From contig NC_091473.1 of assembly GCF_036971445.1 (NCBI RefSeq), forward strand, positions 205,778,001 through 205,842,000: DNA of 64,000 bases, given 5' to 3'. Positions 49,301 through 63,130 of the stretch are shown piece after piece. Below the pieces are notes generated by a model. The model ran no database searches. It saw nothing but the letters and a program-made list of their open reading frames with translations, and was not told the DNA's origin. The first letter of the stretch is position 1, and each line of letters starts with the position of its first letter. A program made the position numbers and the translations under genes. This DNA comes from Narcine bancroftii (lineage: Eukaryota).

Positions 49301-49978
49301 AATTAGTCTGGAAAAACAACCACCTGAAGAAACACACAAAGATCAGCGTTTGCAGAGCCGTTGTCATATCCATGCTTTTGTTCGGATCGAATGATGGGTA
49401 CTCTACCTGCATCATCTACAGCTCCGAAAACGCTTCCATCAGCGCTGTCTCCGCTCAATCCTCAACATTCATTGCAATGACAAAGTTGCAATGGCAGAGT
49501 CTGCAAGCATCAAATGCATGCTGCTGAAGACACAACTGCGTTGGGTGGGTCACGTCTCCAGAATGGAGGACCATCGCCTTCCCTAGATCGTGTTCTATGG
49601 CGAGCTCTCCACTGGCCACCGAGACAGAGGTGCACCAAAGAAGAGGTAAGAGGACTGCTTAAAGAAATATCTTGGTGCCTGCCACATTGACCACCGCCAG
49701 TGGGCTGATATCGCCTCCAACCGTGCATCTTGGCGCCTCACAGTTTGGCGGGCAGCAACCTCCTTTGAAGAAGACTACAGAGCCCACCTCACTGTCAATA
49801 GACAAAGGAGGAGGAACCCAACACCCAATCCCAACCAACCAATTTTCCCTTGCAACCGCTGCAACCATGCCTGCCTGTCCCGCATCGGACTTGTCAGCCA
49901 CCAACGAGTCTGTAGTAGACGTGGACATACCCCTCTATAAATTTTCGTCTGCAAAGCCAAGTCAAAGTAAGTAAAGTA
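46400..49978 (+). mobile_element. Near full-length RTE-clade (BovB/RTE-1-like) LINE, inactivated
   Basis: Endonuclease: KLACWNIRTMLD..RPERR..GYTLYWSG, ILGDFNA. RT: NYRGITLLS, GVKQGCIFAP. C-terminal CxxC..H motif; (AAGT)-like tail; several stops and frameshifts. Confidence 0.92.
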
Positions 49979-50627
49979 TATATGAGATTATCTGATACGC
50001 TCTCTCCGACTTTGTGCATTTCAATTTCTATCCACTAAGGTTTGTCTCCTCGGTGAAAGAGGGAAGTGACAAATTTCATCTGGGCCTCTCATATGGTATT
50101 TCCAAAATTATGTTCCATGGAGACTTTGGCTAACCTAATTTTCCAAGGAAACTTCGTAACTAACTTACTAATATTAAACAAAATCTTCCTTGGTAATGGC
50201 GCTGGAAGTGTCTGAAAGATTTACTGTCTACATGGAAATATATTTAATTTCATACAATTAAGTCTTCCAAATTTATTAGAAAAGTTGACCATTCATTTAA
50301 AGCTTCTTCAACCTTTTAAAACAAGGGGTTGTAGTTCATTTTTCCACAAACTCTTCAAGTCATTATCTGTTTTTAATCCCAAAATACATAATCGCATTCT
50401 TCAGCCTACGGTGTGGATTTCTTGTTGATGAACAGGTGTTTGTAATTCCCTCAAAGGGCCAAAGCCCTTTCCTGCTCACTATTGGGAACTACTAAGGTGA
50501 AGGAAAGAAAACGTGAAAACCAGTCTTCTGATGTGAGGAAGAAGTAAAGAAAAATGGAGAGAGAGTAAAAGTGGATATGACCCTTGAGTCAGAGCACACT
50601 CTCGACAAAACCATTTAGCTCTCAATT

Positions 50628-50966
50628 CATAACATAACATAACATAACAATTACAGCACGGAAACAGGACATTAGGCCCTTCTAGTCCGCACCGAACCAA
50701 ACACCCCTTTCTAATCCCACCTCCCTGCACAATGCCCATAACCCTCCATCTTCCTCTCATCCATATACCTGTCCAGCCTTTTCTTAAATAATACAATTGA
50801 CTCCGCCGCCACTATTTCTCCCGGAAGATCATTCCACACAGCTACCACTCTCTGAGTAAAGAAATTCCCCCTCATGTTACCTCTAAACCTCTGCCCCTTA
50901 ATTCTTAACTCATGTCCTCTTGTTTTAATCTTTCCTCCTCTTAACGGAAATAGTCTATCCACATCC
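50628..50966 (-). mobile_element. CR1 LINE 3' end with pentanucleotide tail
   Basis: DVDRLFP..TRGHELRIKGQRFRGNMRGNFFTQRVVAVWNDLP; (CATAA)n tail. Confidence 0.9.
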
Positions 50967-52639
50967 AGCGACAATTCCAGCGACAATTCCAGCGACTTAA
51001 TGTTGTTTGTTGCAAGAGTTACAATGTTTAAGGTCTTCATGTCACATTTCAGCTGGAGCCTCGCTGAAGATACTGAAAGTAACCGAAGTTGATTCGCAGT
51101 TGTGAAATACTAAAGTCTGTGGACACTGTGATAGTAGTAAGAAAACTAAACGCTGGAGGAACTCAGCAGGAAGTAAAGATGTATATCCAAATCTTCAGAC
51201 AGGCGTTTCAATTCAATGTAAAGGTGTCAATTCGAAATGGAAGAGAGGAAAAGCGAGAATTGATAGCGGAGGTTGTTCTGGCTCTATGCCACAGAGCTGG
51301 GATCATGGAGGAAAAGCAAATATACGTCTTCATTCAATGGTAAGTCAGGAGAGAAGTACAGTCAAACAGTGAAATGGTGTTAATTTGATATGGAGACCAA
51401 GACCAGGAGAGAGGATGTAAGAATGCATTGGGGAGGAGGTTTGGCTCTATTAATNNNNNNNNNNNNNNNNNNNNNNNNNNNNNNNNNNNNNNNNNNNNNN
51501 NNNNNNNNNNNNNNNNNNNNNNNNNNNNNNNNNNNNNNNNNNNNNNNNNNNNNNNNNNNNNNNNNNNNNNNNNNNNNNNNNNNNNNNNNNNNNNNNNNNN
51601 NNNNNNNNNNNNNNNNNNNNNNNNNNNNNNNAGGAGATATAGAGATATTTGTTTGGGGGAAGGGGAAGCTGATGGAAAGCAGAGAAGTCGATTTGTAGGC
51701 AATTTGGATGGAGGATTCCCAGAGCGATTATGACATTTTTCCCTCCAGTTTTCGGGTGGTCTCAGTCTTACAGTTTACCAGAACATGACAGCCATTTACA
51801 TAAGGGAATTAGACAGAAATAGAAACGTTTATTTCCTGGGATATCCTGCTATGGCGGCACTCAAAGCTGAGGTACTGAATGATGCAATCTCCCAGTATGA
51901 CATCGAACCCAACACTCAGGTATGGAGGAAGGGAGAAAGGAAGGGAGGAAGGGAGAAAAAAGAGCGAAAGGTAAGAGAGATGTAAGCAGGGAAAGAGGGA
52001 GAAAATGTCAGAGGAAGTACGGAAAGAAGGCATGTATTGAAATTGCGGTCGAAGCTAGTCTGAATGCATCAGGATCGACCTCTTTCAATCGCAAAACCAA
52101 TCAATGCGGAGCACTGATTGAGCAATCAAAATTTTGGGGAAATACCCGCTCGTTTTATCGAAATAGAAACATGCCCCTCTCCGATCCAGAGTCCAAACAC
52201 GACAAATTAAATCCACAGGCCATGTTTTTCCGCAAACCAAACAGAATGCCGTTCCTCTGGTCAATATGGATTCTCATGTCCGTTTTAGTTTCCATGGCAT
52301 TTGTGCGACCACGCTATTTTTCTCTTCCTGACTGCTGCTTAATATTAAGTATAATATTTATTATAATTTTCATTGAACATAGATGCGCAGACATTCCTAC
52401 TTGCTGCAGCCCAGCGTATATTTTATAAATGAATAAAGGAACTTGTTTCTGGCCGTTGATGGAGTAGCACCTTTTTGAAGTTGCTCCAGCTTATGTTATC
52501 GTTTTCAAATTTTTTAAGTCCTTATTTTTAAACCACGTTGCGCATTAAATTGATTGGATCAATGGCAGTAACTGTCTTCAATATGGATATAAGGAGATAA
52601 GTGAAATCATCCCGCATCTTTGGAATCTCTTATGGAATT

Positions 52640-54050
52640 ACTTCGACAACATACGAAAGAATTATCTGATGAGAAAGAAATTCATAAAGGAATTTAAGGA
52701 GATGAATGCTAAATTGGATTATTTTCAAGAAATATAACATGATCATGATAGACGTATTCATGATAATGAAGAAATATCGACTGTTTTGGATGGAAGACTG
52801 GATGATATTTCAAATATTTCAAAAGTGATAAAATACTAACGAAGAATTAAAGCAGAATATCATTAACCATAAAAACAAAGGCAGAAGAATTAACTTACGA
52901 AGTCTAGGCTTACAAGTGTCACCTGAGGGTGATCAACCTCGTAAATCCTTTGAAAGTATTTTTTGTTAGAAATGTATTGTCCTGGAGTCTGCAGACTCTC
53001 CCTGTCAGTTCCAGTCAGAGAACTCGATCGGTTGTTGTGTGTCTTCATGAATTTCAAACGAAGAATTTTTAAACATGTGAATATCGTCGAAGAGGAATGA
53101 TGGACTACAAAGGTCAGAAGATTCGTCTCCTTGAAGATTATTCTCCCGATGTTACGAGTAAGAGTGTTAGATATAAGAAGATACAGTCGTATTTCTACAA
53201 CCAAAGGGTTAAGAGGGGTTAAGCCTTCGTTGATTTTTCCAATTGCGCCTTCGAATTACACTGAAGGACAAATCTAAGAAATAGTTTCATTCCGATGAAG
53301 ATGTCCAGGAGTTTTTGGATGAATATCTACCATCTATTTAAGCTCCGTCAGTATAACTGTTTCTCTAATTCCTGGAGATGATTAACTTCACGAATCTTTT
53401 AATTAATATAATGTCTTAATGATTTAATGCTTTAAGTGTGTATAAATTTTTATTTGAGTGTTTTGACACTTATTTAACAACTTAGATTATAATAATAGTC
53501 TTCTTGAATCTGATATAACTATTTAAATTAATCTTCTAATGCGAAGGTATCTTCTCGTTGTGATAAATGCATCAATGGAGATGCTTCATTAATTCATATG
53601 TTTTTGAATTGTCAGTTTTGAGAAATATTGGAACCAAGTATTTCAAAATTTCTCAGCACGTTTTAAAACTAATTGTATACCGAACACCTCATCTTCCATA
53701 TTTTGCATTGTTTGAGAAAATGACATAAAGTCAACAGCATCTGATCTGCATATACTAGCTTTTCATTTCCTCATGGTTCGACGGGCAGTGTTGCTTAAAT
53801 GGACAGAAATTGCTCTGTCTCTTCATGCTCAATGGATATGTGACCCAATGGCATATAGATATTTAGAGAAGATTAGATGCTCAATCTTTGAATTACTTTC
53901 ATAAACTTTCATTTGCTATGAAGGTAGAATTGTTGACTAATGAGGCAATTTATTACTCCAATAAGAATTTGTTGTTCCTTTGCTTTTAGTCAAACAGCTT
54001 ATTTCTTGGTAGTGGGTTTGGATCGTTTTATAAATAATAAAATATTAATA
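52640..54050 (+). mobile_element. Old degenerate L1 (ORF1 and ORF2 3' remnants)
   Basis: GQKIRLLEDYSPDV and KPSLIFP-like ORF1 motifs; LEKIR-like ORF2 end. Confidence 0.55.
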
Positions 54051-54919
54051 CAATATAGCTTGCTTGGTTGACAATGTGAATGGAGCAAACTATCATAGGG
54101 GTAACTGAGGTGGAATTGTTGCAAATTTAATGAAATACTTCGACGGATAAATTCATTGATAGGATTGGCAAATTGGACTAGTGTTGGTGGGGCATTTTCG
54201 GTGAGGTTTGCAGGCTAGCTTGAAGATCATATTTGCATAATTTTTCTCCATGATATGTGATTTAACAGAAGGTATTGCAACAATCTCATGCTGCAGGATT
54301 AACACCATTCAGGAATAAAGATCGCCATTATCCCCTTGTCAATTTAAGTGGCTCCTGCCATACTGACACATTTGTGCATTCTCTGTAACGAATTGCAAAA
54401 AATGCAATTAATTAGCCTGCAAATTGACGACAAGGAGAGAAGTGCACCGCTTAAAGTGAGATATTGTTTCCGACTCTGCCAAGTATCTCCTTGGAATGAG
54501 ATCCGCTGTGTTGCAGAGAAGCATTGGTTGAGGATTAGAAAGAAATGTTCTAGTAGAATTTTTTTTAAGACTGGAGAGAACTCTTCAATGGAGTTCACAG
54601 TTGTTAGTGTTTAGACTATTGATTATTGAGGTGTGTATTAAACTCTGAAATACACTAAACGGTTGTCATTGACGTTCCCGGGCCGGGGCTCGGCTGCCAA
54701 CGGTCCGGCTGTGCGGGCTGCCGGGATTTGCGTGGTGACGGCGGCCTGTGTTCGGTGCTCGGGCAGCGGTGCGAGCAGGCCCAGTCTCGGCGGACTGTTT
54801 CCCTCAGGCGGACTCAGGCATGATCACGACCCCCCCTGGCGGCAGCGGGTCCTCGGGCCTCCGGCGGCGGCAGCAATAGGACTTCGTGCCCCTAGGGTGG
54901 CAGCAGCAACAAGACCTCG

Positions 54920-55940
54920 GACCTTTTATACCTTCTGGCACACCAACAATTTTCACATTATTTCTTCTGCCTTGATAATCCAAGTAATCAATTTTACTTT
55001 CCAGCTCCTTCTCACGTTCTCCTAGTTGTATAATTGATTTTTCCACCTTCAACGCTTTTTCTGTGTTAGAAGTCACTTGCTGTTTACAGTCCAAAAAAGC
55101 AGTGTGATAATGTTTAAATTCTTCAAAAGATGCATCCACACGTGTCTTAACCATATTTAATTCTGAACTTATACAAGCATTCACTTGAACCATTTCATTC
55201 ATTTGTGATTTCAACAAAGGTTTTATAACAGCTTCAACAATAGCATTCAATTGCATACACTGTGATTCAGTAAAGCTCAGCTCTGCTCTCTCTGACATAG
55301 TGACAGAACAAGGTAACTGCAGCTCCTGCTGCAACTCAACAGAAGGCATTTTAAAAGTTTTACTGCAGGTCTGGACTCCCAGCGACGGCACCCCGACTTC
55401 CTCAGGGGATCACAGTTGGTCTCCCCCCGCATCTCGTTGTTGTTTCATCATTTCACTAAGAAAAACGATGTATTCAGATTGAAATGCTACCTGATGCAAT
55501 TCCAACAATGGAGTCGTCTTCCTGCATGCTCCCTCCGTTGAAATGGAAAGGCTATCCAAATCTGGGTCCACTTCTTGGGAACACACACCTTCTTCCGGAG
55601 AACGGTTAATTCCAGCCCCATCCTTCATTTGGTGAGCAATAAATATTTCTTTCAGCCCCAACAGGCAATCTTTGGGGTTTAGACAATGAAGAGATTGAGC
55701 CTGGGGCTGTATCAAGTCGTCTAGGCCCCAAATCTTCAACACTTCGAAAATGTAACTTCTTCTGAACTTGAGGTTTAGTCATTTTACCATTAGTGGCCAT
55801 AATAATTCCTTAATACTTTAAACTAAAATTAAAAAGTTTAAACTTGAATACAATGGGTTAAAAACAGGTATTTAAAAGTCTGGCTAGAGAGGTCGAGATT
55901 GCATGTCGAGACTCTATACCATCATGCCACGCCCCCGTTC
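54920..55940 (-). mobile_element. L1-clade LINE 5' end and ORF1 fragment
   Basis: LGEREKELESKIDYLDYQGRRNNVKIVGVPEG (L1 ORF1 coiled-coil/RRM junction). Confidence 0.8.
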
Positions 55941-56799
55941 ACCTGATTTATTCCTCTGTTGTTTAATTGTAGCACTAGAAGATCACCACTAATTGTCTTG
56001 TGGAACTAACAGTAAATTCATAGCCTTTCCAAACTCTCCATCCATCTCAGGACTCTGAGTTCTGGAAACATCTTGATAATTATTCTCTTCAACATGTCCA
56101 GATTGACAACTTAATTTCTATTACACGGTGACAAAATCAAAACACAATAATCCGCATGGTACCACATCAAAAATCCAGAAAGCTGTAACACCACTTTAAA
56201 ACATCTGTATGCAAAAATGAAACTCATGCTGGCTAATGTGAAGAGAGGCTTGTGACCAGCATATCTACCAATATAAAGATACTCTGTACCTTTACACCTC
56301 TGTTCTACAATGCAGCTCAGATTCCTAACATTGACAAAGTCGTTCCTGACAACGTTACACGTTCCAAATATCATACTACACCTTTCTGAATTAAACTTCA
56401 TCAACCATGCAACTACCTACCAGGCCAATTGTTCAATGGTTTGCAGCAAACTTTGGCAAACATCGTCACAATCTTAAAGACCAGACCCATGTACATTTTC
56501 ATTTAAACGATTAATATAGGTGAGAAACAGGAATAGTCCCTGCACAAAAGCCAATGGACAAATTTCGTCACCTGTGAGTGGTTAGCAATTATATACTGGG
56601 GAAACACCACTTCCACAGTGATATATTATCAGGGACTGGAACATGTTACATATATTCAGGGCCATTCTGTTAGGTCCAACGCAAACATCGTGCTGAGACT
56701 ATGGACCTCAATGATCATTTCATGGATCCCCTTTCTTGGTTCATGTGGGAACTTTAGTTTTGTTTTACTTCCAGATATGGAAATTTCTGCGCTTTGCTG

Positions 56800-57117
56800 C
56801 ACTGTTGTATGTCGAAAATTCAATGTCTCACAATAGTTTGAGCTTTCGCGAGAAGATCAACGATCTGTAAGAGGGAATTGCAGTGACGACACTGTCATTT
56901 GGTATATTTGGTGAACTGAAGCATAATCGAAATATCTTCTTCAGATATTGAGTAGTGGATCCGAAGAGCGATCTCGATTCTCTAGCCAGGGGTTCCGCTG
57001 TTATGATATCAGTATACATTTAGATTTCTCTGTGATCCTTGTGTTAGAAACCGAAGCGTTTGCGTGTGCCATGAGACACACTCGACGGCGGAGAAGCAGC
57101 GGACCCGAACACAGGAC
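56800..57117 (+). pseudogene. Very decayed V relic of a divergent family
   Basis: NVSQ..SVRGNCSDDTVIWYI..SKYLLQILSSG..FACAMR, then a degenerate heptamer-23-nonamer at 57079-57117. Confidence 0.55.
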
Positions 57118-57471
57118 CAATACCTGATAGTTTCAGTAAGCTCTCACCAAAATTAACACATCCTCGGCTGAAGTGAAGTGATGTAATCAGACGCAGAACA
57201 ATTTTCCGCTGTTTATACCTGGACGAGCATGTAAGTTCATATTTATTTCATGTCCAATTGGTTTCACGTTCAGGAGAAGATACTTTTTGATTTATGGAAT
57301 CGTATTCTTTAATCGATGATTCACTCACAATGAAAGATATATTTTGGAGTACAATGGACAATGTAGCTGTTGTGAAGTACGGAGGAGGTGTGATGTAGAG
57401 ATGCGAGACAGTGACATACATTATACACACATCAACACACAAACGTAAACACACAGACAGACATAAAGAGA

Positions 57472-57472
57472 A

Positions 57473-57530
<58 letters not shown>
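57472..57530. repeat. (CA)n microsatellite
   Basis: Dinucleotide run. Confidence 0.9.
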
Positions 57531-57532
<2 letters not shown>

Positions 57533-57634
57533 GCGCACGCACGCACGCACTCACACATACATACACATACAAACAAACAGGCACATAGAATCACAGAAAG
57601 CGAGCGAGAGAGAAAGTTTTCTCTTCTGTTGCAG

Positions 57635-57935
57635 GCGCCTTTGGCGATTATTCTATCTCCGAGTATCAATCTGACGTGTCGGAGGAAGAAGGACGAACTG
57701 TAACGCTGAACTGGAATTACACGGCTCCATACCATGCCGATATAGCCGTCTGGTATATCCTGCATCCTGGACATTCGTCTCGATACGTACTGAAAATATT
57801 AAGCACTGGGCTCGAATGCAAGTCGTCAAATTTCTGAAACCGATTTTATGCTGTTTATCAGAAAAGAAATCGGCTGGTTCTATTAACAATATAGGGCGTC
57901 CTTGTCTTCGACTCCGACTCAGCAATGTGGTCGAA
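57635..57935 (+). pseudogene. V pseudogene of a divergent family
   Basis: Acceptor TTTTCTCTTCTGTTGCAG; AFGDYSISEYQSDVSEEEGRTVTLNWNY..VWYILHPGHSSRYVLKIL..LLTI*GVLVFDS; stops, both Cys lost. Confidence 0.7.
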
Positions 57936-58502
57936 ACATTGCGACAGAGAATTAGCACAATCGTTCAATGACCCTTCACAGTTGTGATCTCCAGCTGTCA
58001 CCAGACGGAGCCGTTATCTCCTGGAACAAAGCAGGGGTGGATTATTGACACAAAGCGAATTATGTCCTGGTACAACTCTGAAGGACCAATTATTCTTATG
58101 GTGTATGTGCATCAACTTATGTGAAGATCCTGCATCAACTCGCCGAATGGAGAGGCGAGACGACCGGAATAAAGAGGCGTAATGGTAGCGTGGGACAGGT
58201 ATATGCTGTTTATTGTATGAATCAGGTCAAGGCAAAATGTGGATCACAGGTCGCAGCGAAATTTGCGCACCTTATTTTAAAACCGATTTGTCAACATCCC
58301 TTGCGTCTCCACAATTTTAAATTCCTATTCCTCAATAAATTCATCATCCAATTCCAACCAAACAGAATTTTGTGCAGTTGTCAGCAGGGTAATTCCTCGT
58401 GAATCACAGTTTAACTGCACATTTCGACAAGCGATATGTTGCTAATTCTTTTTGTCCAATATTACAGTCAAGCAAATGTAAAATATCAATTAAAAATAAT
58501 TT

Positions 58503-58744
58503 TAGGCATACAGCGCGATAACAGGGCATTGTAGCCCAAAAGCGTATGTCCCCAAATTATATTCATTAACCAACGACCTCCGGGACTTTTAAAAGTTGGG
58601 AGGAATCAAGGACTGCCGGGACAAATCCATGTAGTCAGGGGACAAGGTACCAACTGCTACAGACAGATCGGGATTCGAACCCCGGTCCTGATGGATGGTG
58701 CTATAACTGCGTGGTTGCAACCTCTACGTCAACGCTGCCACCCC
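58503..58744 (-). mobile_element. tRNA-derived SINE (V-SINE/HE1-like)
   Basis: Minus-strand 5' end GGGTGGCAGCGTTGACGTAG, B box GGGTTCGAATCCC and a CR1-like 3' tail. Confidence 0.7.
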
Positions 58745-59389
58745 GTTTCAAAATAAGTTCCATAATTATTACATCACCTTGCGAATCAGTGTATAGATCT
58801 AACATTTCTATAACTTTTGAAAAGCATAAATCATTTTAATTTTTGAAGATCTGCTTCATAAGGAATTGCAGAACAGTACATTTAAAGCATGAAGCAGAAA
58901 GGCGGTGCAGTACTCGAAAGAAATTTTAAGTGGTGAAGACATCTGTAATATCAGATATATATACTAAGAAGGGAAAGTGAGCGTCAGTGACTGACAGAGA
59001 GTGAGGGAGANNNNNNNNNNNNNNNNNNNNNNNNNNNNNNNNNNNNNNNNNNNNNNNNNNNNNNNNNNNNNNNNNNNNNNNNNNNNNNNNNNNNNNNNNN
59101 NNNNNNNNNNNNNNNNNNNNNNNNNNNNNNNNNNNNNNNNNNNNNNNNNNNNNNNNNNNNNNNNNNNNNNNNNNNNNNNNNNNNNNNNNNNNNNNNNNNN
59201 NTAGGCAACCCCATTAATTGCAGTTGAAGAGAGAATACACCCATGCATCTAGGTAATTCCCCTTAATGAGACTTGAAGAAAGCAAACTGCCGGAGACCAG
59301 AATTTCTTCTAATTCATGGGTCTGCGGCATAAACAGAGTGAAATTAGTCTGTTGTTTTTATTGGATCGATGTTCTAAATTCGTTTAAGC

Positions 59390-60141
59390 TGACGCTAGAA
59401 AAATAACTACTGTAAGTGTGAACTGCAGTTACCCGTCAGCAGTCAGTTACGACACTGTCATTTTACACATCGGGTGAAACAAAGAATAGTCAAAATATCT
59501 ACTAGAAGATATTCAGTACTGAATTCCTATTTGGAAAGAAAGAAGGAATAAGACACAAACTAAAATTGTCAATATATCAAGCGAAATTTGTTAAAATAGC
59601 AGTAGCAGTAGCAGTAGTAAGTGACTTGGAAATCGAACTGAGAAGAACATATTGGAAGATGGAATGCAGAAATTCAAAGCTGTATTCATTTAGAGAGAAA
59701 ATTACATAATATGAAAATAAATATCACATATTCGTTTGTGGATTTGGAGCCCGTATATAGAAATATACGGTATATGTATGCGGAAATGACCATCCAGGCT
59801 GTTTATACCTCAGTTAACGATCTTCCCTAAAATGAAAATGATCATAAAAAATCTGTTGAGTTCCAATTCATATAACGAATGGAGGCTTCTTCAATTGAAA
59901 CACTTATTATATAATGATTTATTAAATATATGTATGTAAAATAATTTTAAATAAAATATTTAAACTGATATTTAGTACTGAATCGATCTCTCGATTCTTT
60001 TGACAGGTATTCAGCTGGTTATCATAAAAATCGGTTTATTCCTTCCTCTACCTCCGTGATCATTTTGTTTGATGTCGAAGTGTTTCTGTGGACCATGGGA
60101 CACACACGGTGGCGCAGAAGCATGAAATATGAACATAGACG
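59390..60141 (+). pseudogene. Fragmented V relic(s) homologous to 56800-57117
   Basis: VSVNCSY..SKYLL at ~59410-59510; 3' end with CACACGG-23-ACATAGACG at 60103-60141; downstream flank matches 57120-57240. Confidence 0.45.
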
Positions 60142-60939
60142 AATACCAGGTGGTTCCAGCGAGCTCTCACCGCAGGGGTTACTTCCTCTTCTCAAGTGTT
60201 GTGATCAGATTCAGAACAATTTTCCGATGTTTGTACATGGATGAGCATTGTATTTCATCGGTTTTATTTTATATTCAATTGCTTGTATAATCAGAAGATT
60301 ATTTTTGTATTAACACTCAAAATCTATCGCCAATAATCGATTTACAATGCAAAAGGTATTTTAGGATTAAACGGACATTGTACCTGTTGAGAAATCCCGA
60401 GGAGGTGTGATACAGGGATTGCAAGACACATGCAAACACTTAAGACAGAGACACACACAGAGAAAGCGAAAGGAACAGATAAATAGATTGGTTGATGGAT
60501 AGATAGATGGACAGTGAAAGAGAAAGAGTGGGAGAGACTAGACGCGAGAGATTTAGAGAGGAGGACAATTTGTGATTAGAAACAGGGATGGGATGGCTGT
60601 TAAATGTATAAAAGAAAGGAACATGTACGAGTAGGAGAGGAATCAAATTGATTGAGGGCTGACATTCAGTTTTATCACCAGGGGAACGCCACTTCGTCAG
60701 GTTTGCTTTTCACGAATATGCCCTGACCCATTGAGTCCCTCCTGCATTTTGTGTGGCTCCAGCTTTCCATCATATGCAGTCAGTCTTCTTTACCAATTTA
60801 TATCTGCATCGCCCATCGGAGGGTTCACTTCCCAAGTCATCAAAAGTGACTGGAAACAGAAATTCCTCCTCGTTTTATAGTAAGTGCGATGCGAACATTC
60901 CCTCTTCCAGGGAGAAGAACTACCTCCAGCAAACCCGCA

Positions 60940-63130
60940 GCCTCGGAATCAGCACAAGCCTCTAGTTTAGATCAAACCATAGGCAGCCCGCGCCCAGAGA
61001 CAAAACTCCGAATCGATGACGAGGCCGATTTTAGCCTTTATGGAGACGTTTAGATACGACCGGCCGGTGGGATAGCACGTGGGAGTGCGGGTCCCCGCGG
61101 GTGTGCACCAGCGTCAGCGCTGCTATAATAGCGACTCAGGCAGCGCCGCAATTACTTCTAATTCTGCGCCCACAGTTACAAGACAAGTCTATTCCAGATC
61201 AGAGGCGTACCTTTGAAAAATGAGAGAGAACTCTTTATTCGCCTTCCTCCTTTTCTTATCCCAGGTTATTCTCTGGTTGCGATTGTGAGAAAACGTTTCC
61301 CTTTAAATTTAAGCCATTACAATATTGGTAAAATACGACCCCACATTTTATAAAACAATTTTACTGTGCTTGCACTGTTTTTTGGAACTTATTAGACTTT
61401 CAAATTTAGATACTGACTTCACTTGTTTTTAACTTAATATTCTTATATTTTTTAACCTCTCTGTAGAATGTACAAGAACTGCAACCTGTCCTTGATGTGC
61501 AATGGACCGCAAATACAGGTGAGGAGTGGTTGGCTGAAATAGTACTGGAAGCGCGTGAATATGAATCACCACTACATTCTGATATTTTATGGCACAGTTT
61601 TAAAGTCTTTAGGCAGACATATAGAACGGAATGGGGCATTTCAACAGGGTTTGGCAAATGGTTCTTTGACCCTCGTATTAGACTTCGGTGGTCATTTAAT
61701 TTGGTGGAAATAGCCATTGCACCTTCGATCGGAGGAGAACTATTTATCTAAATTAAATAAATCTTGAAGCTCATTTCTGCTGTTTCTGTTTCCGCTATGC
61801 TACCTCTCCCTGTCTCTACAATTGACCATGTCAGCACCTATTATTGCTTCGGGGAAGATGTCAAGATCTGCAAAGACCCTTCAAAACCAGTCACACATTT
61901 CCTTCTCCCCACCATCCGAAAGATGATAAATGAGATTGAAAAAATGAATACACCACTGACCTTCACTGGTCATCTTATTGAATGGGCCTCTTATCTGGTG
62001 GCCAGCTGTGTTTTAAACCAATTATCTCCATAGTTTGCATCATTTATTTGTTCCATTGCACACTGTTCACATAACGCATAAAAATGTGACACGCTGCACA
62101 CCACGTCCGTTTAATCATTGTACCGGCTACAGTACATAATGTGCCATCATTTATCAGTATTTCAGAAAATATCGGCAGAAATTGTAACAGAAAACAATGT
62201 CATTTTCTGTATTTATTTCGGTTATCAGCCAATTGAGTGGAAGAAGGACAATGTAAATAAAAAGGTCCCTGGAATAATGCTTGAACTCTATTTGAATATG
62301 TGGTATTCAGATTTGAAATGAATCTGGGCTAATATTATAAGGATAAGGTTAATTGCAATAGATGCTTTAGAATCTTTGAATCGAAAAGTTAACCTGCAGC
62401 ACAAGTAGCGTATATTGGGAAAAGATATTTAATTTAATTTGGCTTCCTGTTCCATGCTCTTTTATGGGCTATATTCTCGAATGCATAGTGATCAAATCAG
62501 AACAATGAAGATGTCAAGTATCAAGGGAATGAGCACATCATGAAAAAGTAAATTATTCCATTCATTTGCACGCTTATAATATTAATGTGTCAGTCTAGCA
62601 GTATACTATTAACATTATATGAAGCGCGAAAAATGTCGGTGCAAATATATTGGACATATCTAATTTATCTGGCATATTTACCAAGCAGAAGTGGTGCTAT
62701 ATGTAAAGTAATGCGACCAGAGCACGTGAACATAATGTTAAAGGTGGAAGCTACATGCGTAAAAATTTTTAAAGTAAAACCCATAACATTGACTGGAATA
62801 AACCGGAAAATAAAGGCCAAAGAAAATGATAAGGGGGTCTAAAACGATAAACGGGTTTGGTCTGAAAACTTCCATCAAAAGAGTGAAGAATGCGTTTGCA
62901 GTGGAACATGGCATATGGAGAGACAAATATCCACCTCAAACGCGCCAATATAAGATAAAGAATTATCGGACCAATTATTGAAATGTCTGTTTAATAATAA
63001 ACGGCGGATTACTGAATTAATGCATAACGTGTAATATAAACATGGATAAACGAAAAGCATTAATCCACATCGTTGTTTTGGTGGTCACATCTTCCATATA
63101 TCTTGACCACAGTGCGTCAGTGGAGCAAAA
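60940..63130 (+). repeat. Old duplicate of ~39640-43240 lacking the two solo LTRs
   Basis: Colinear matching blocks, e.g. TTTGAATATGTGG..GATTTGAAATGA (42402/62291) and AAGAGTGAA.AATGC.TTTGCAGTGGAACATG (42990/62879). Confidence 0.8.

Noticed and set aside
22434-59248. ORFs containing X runs and low-complexity ORFs (ERERER, CVCVCV)
   Set aside because: Artefacts of N gaps (~22779, 32426, 35888, 51455, 59011) and microsatellites.
61764-62033. Ig/TCR constant exon suggested by STYYC
   Set aside because: No first Cys or Trp at the expected spacing, no clear exon boundaries, and the paralog is not Ig-like.
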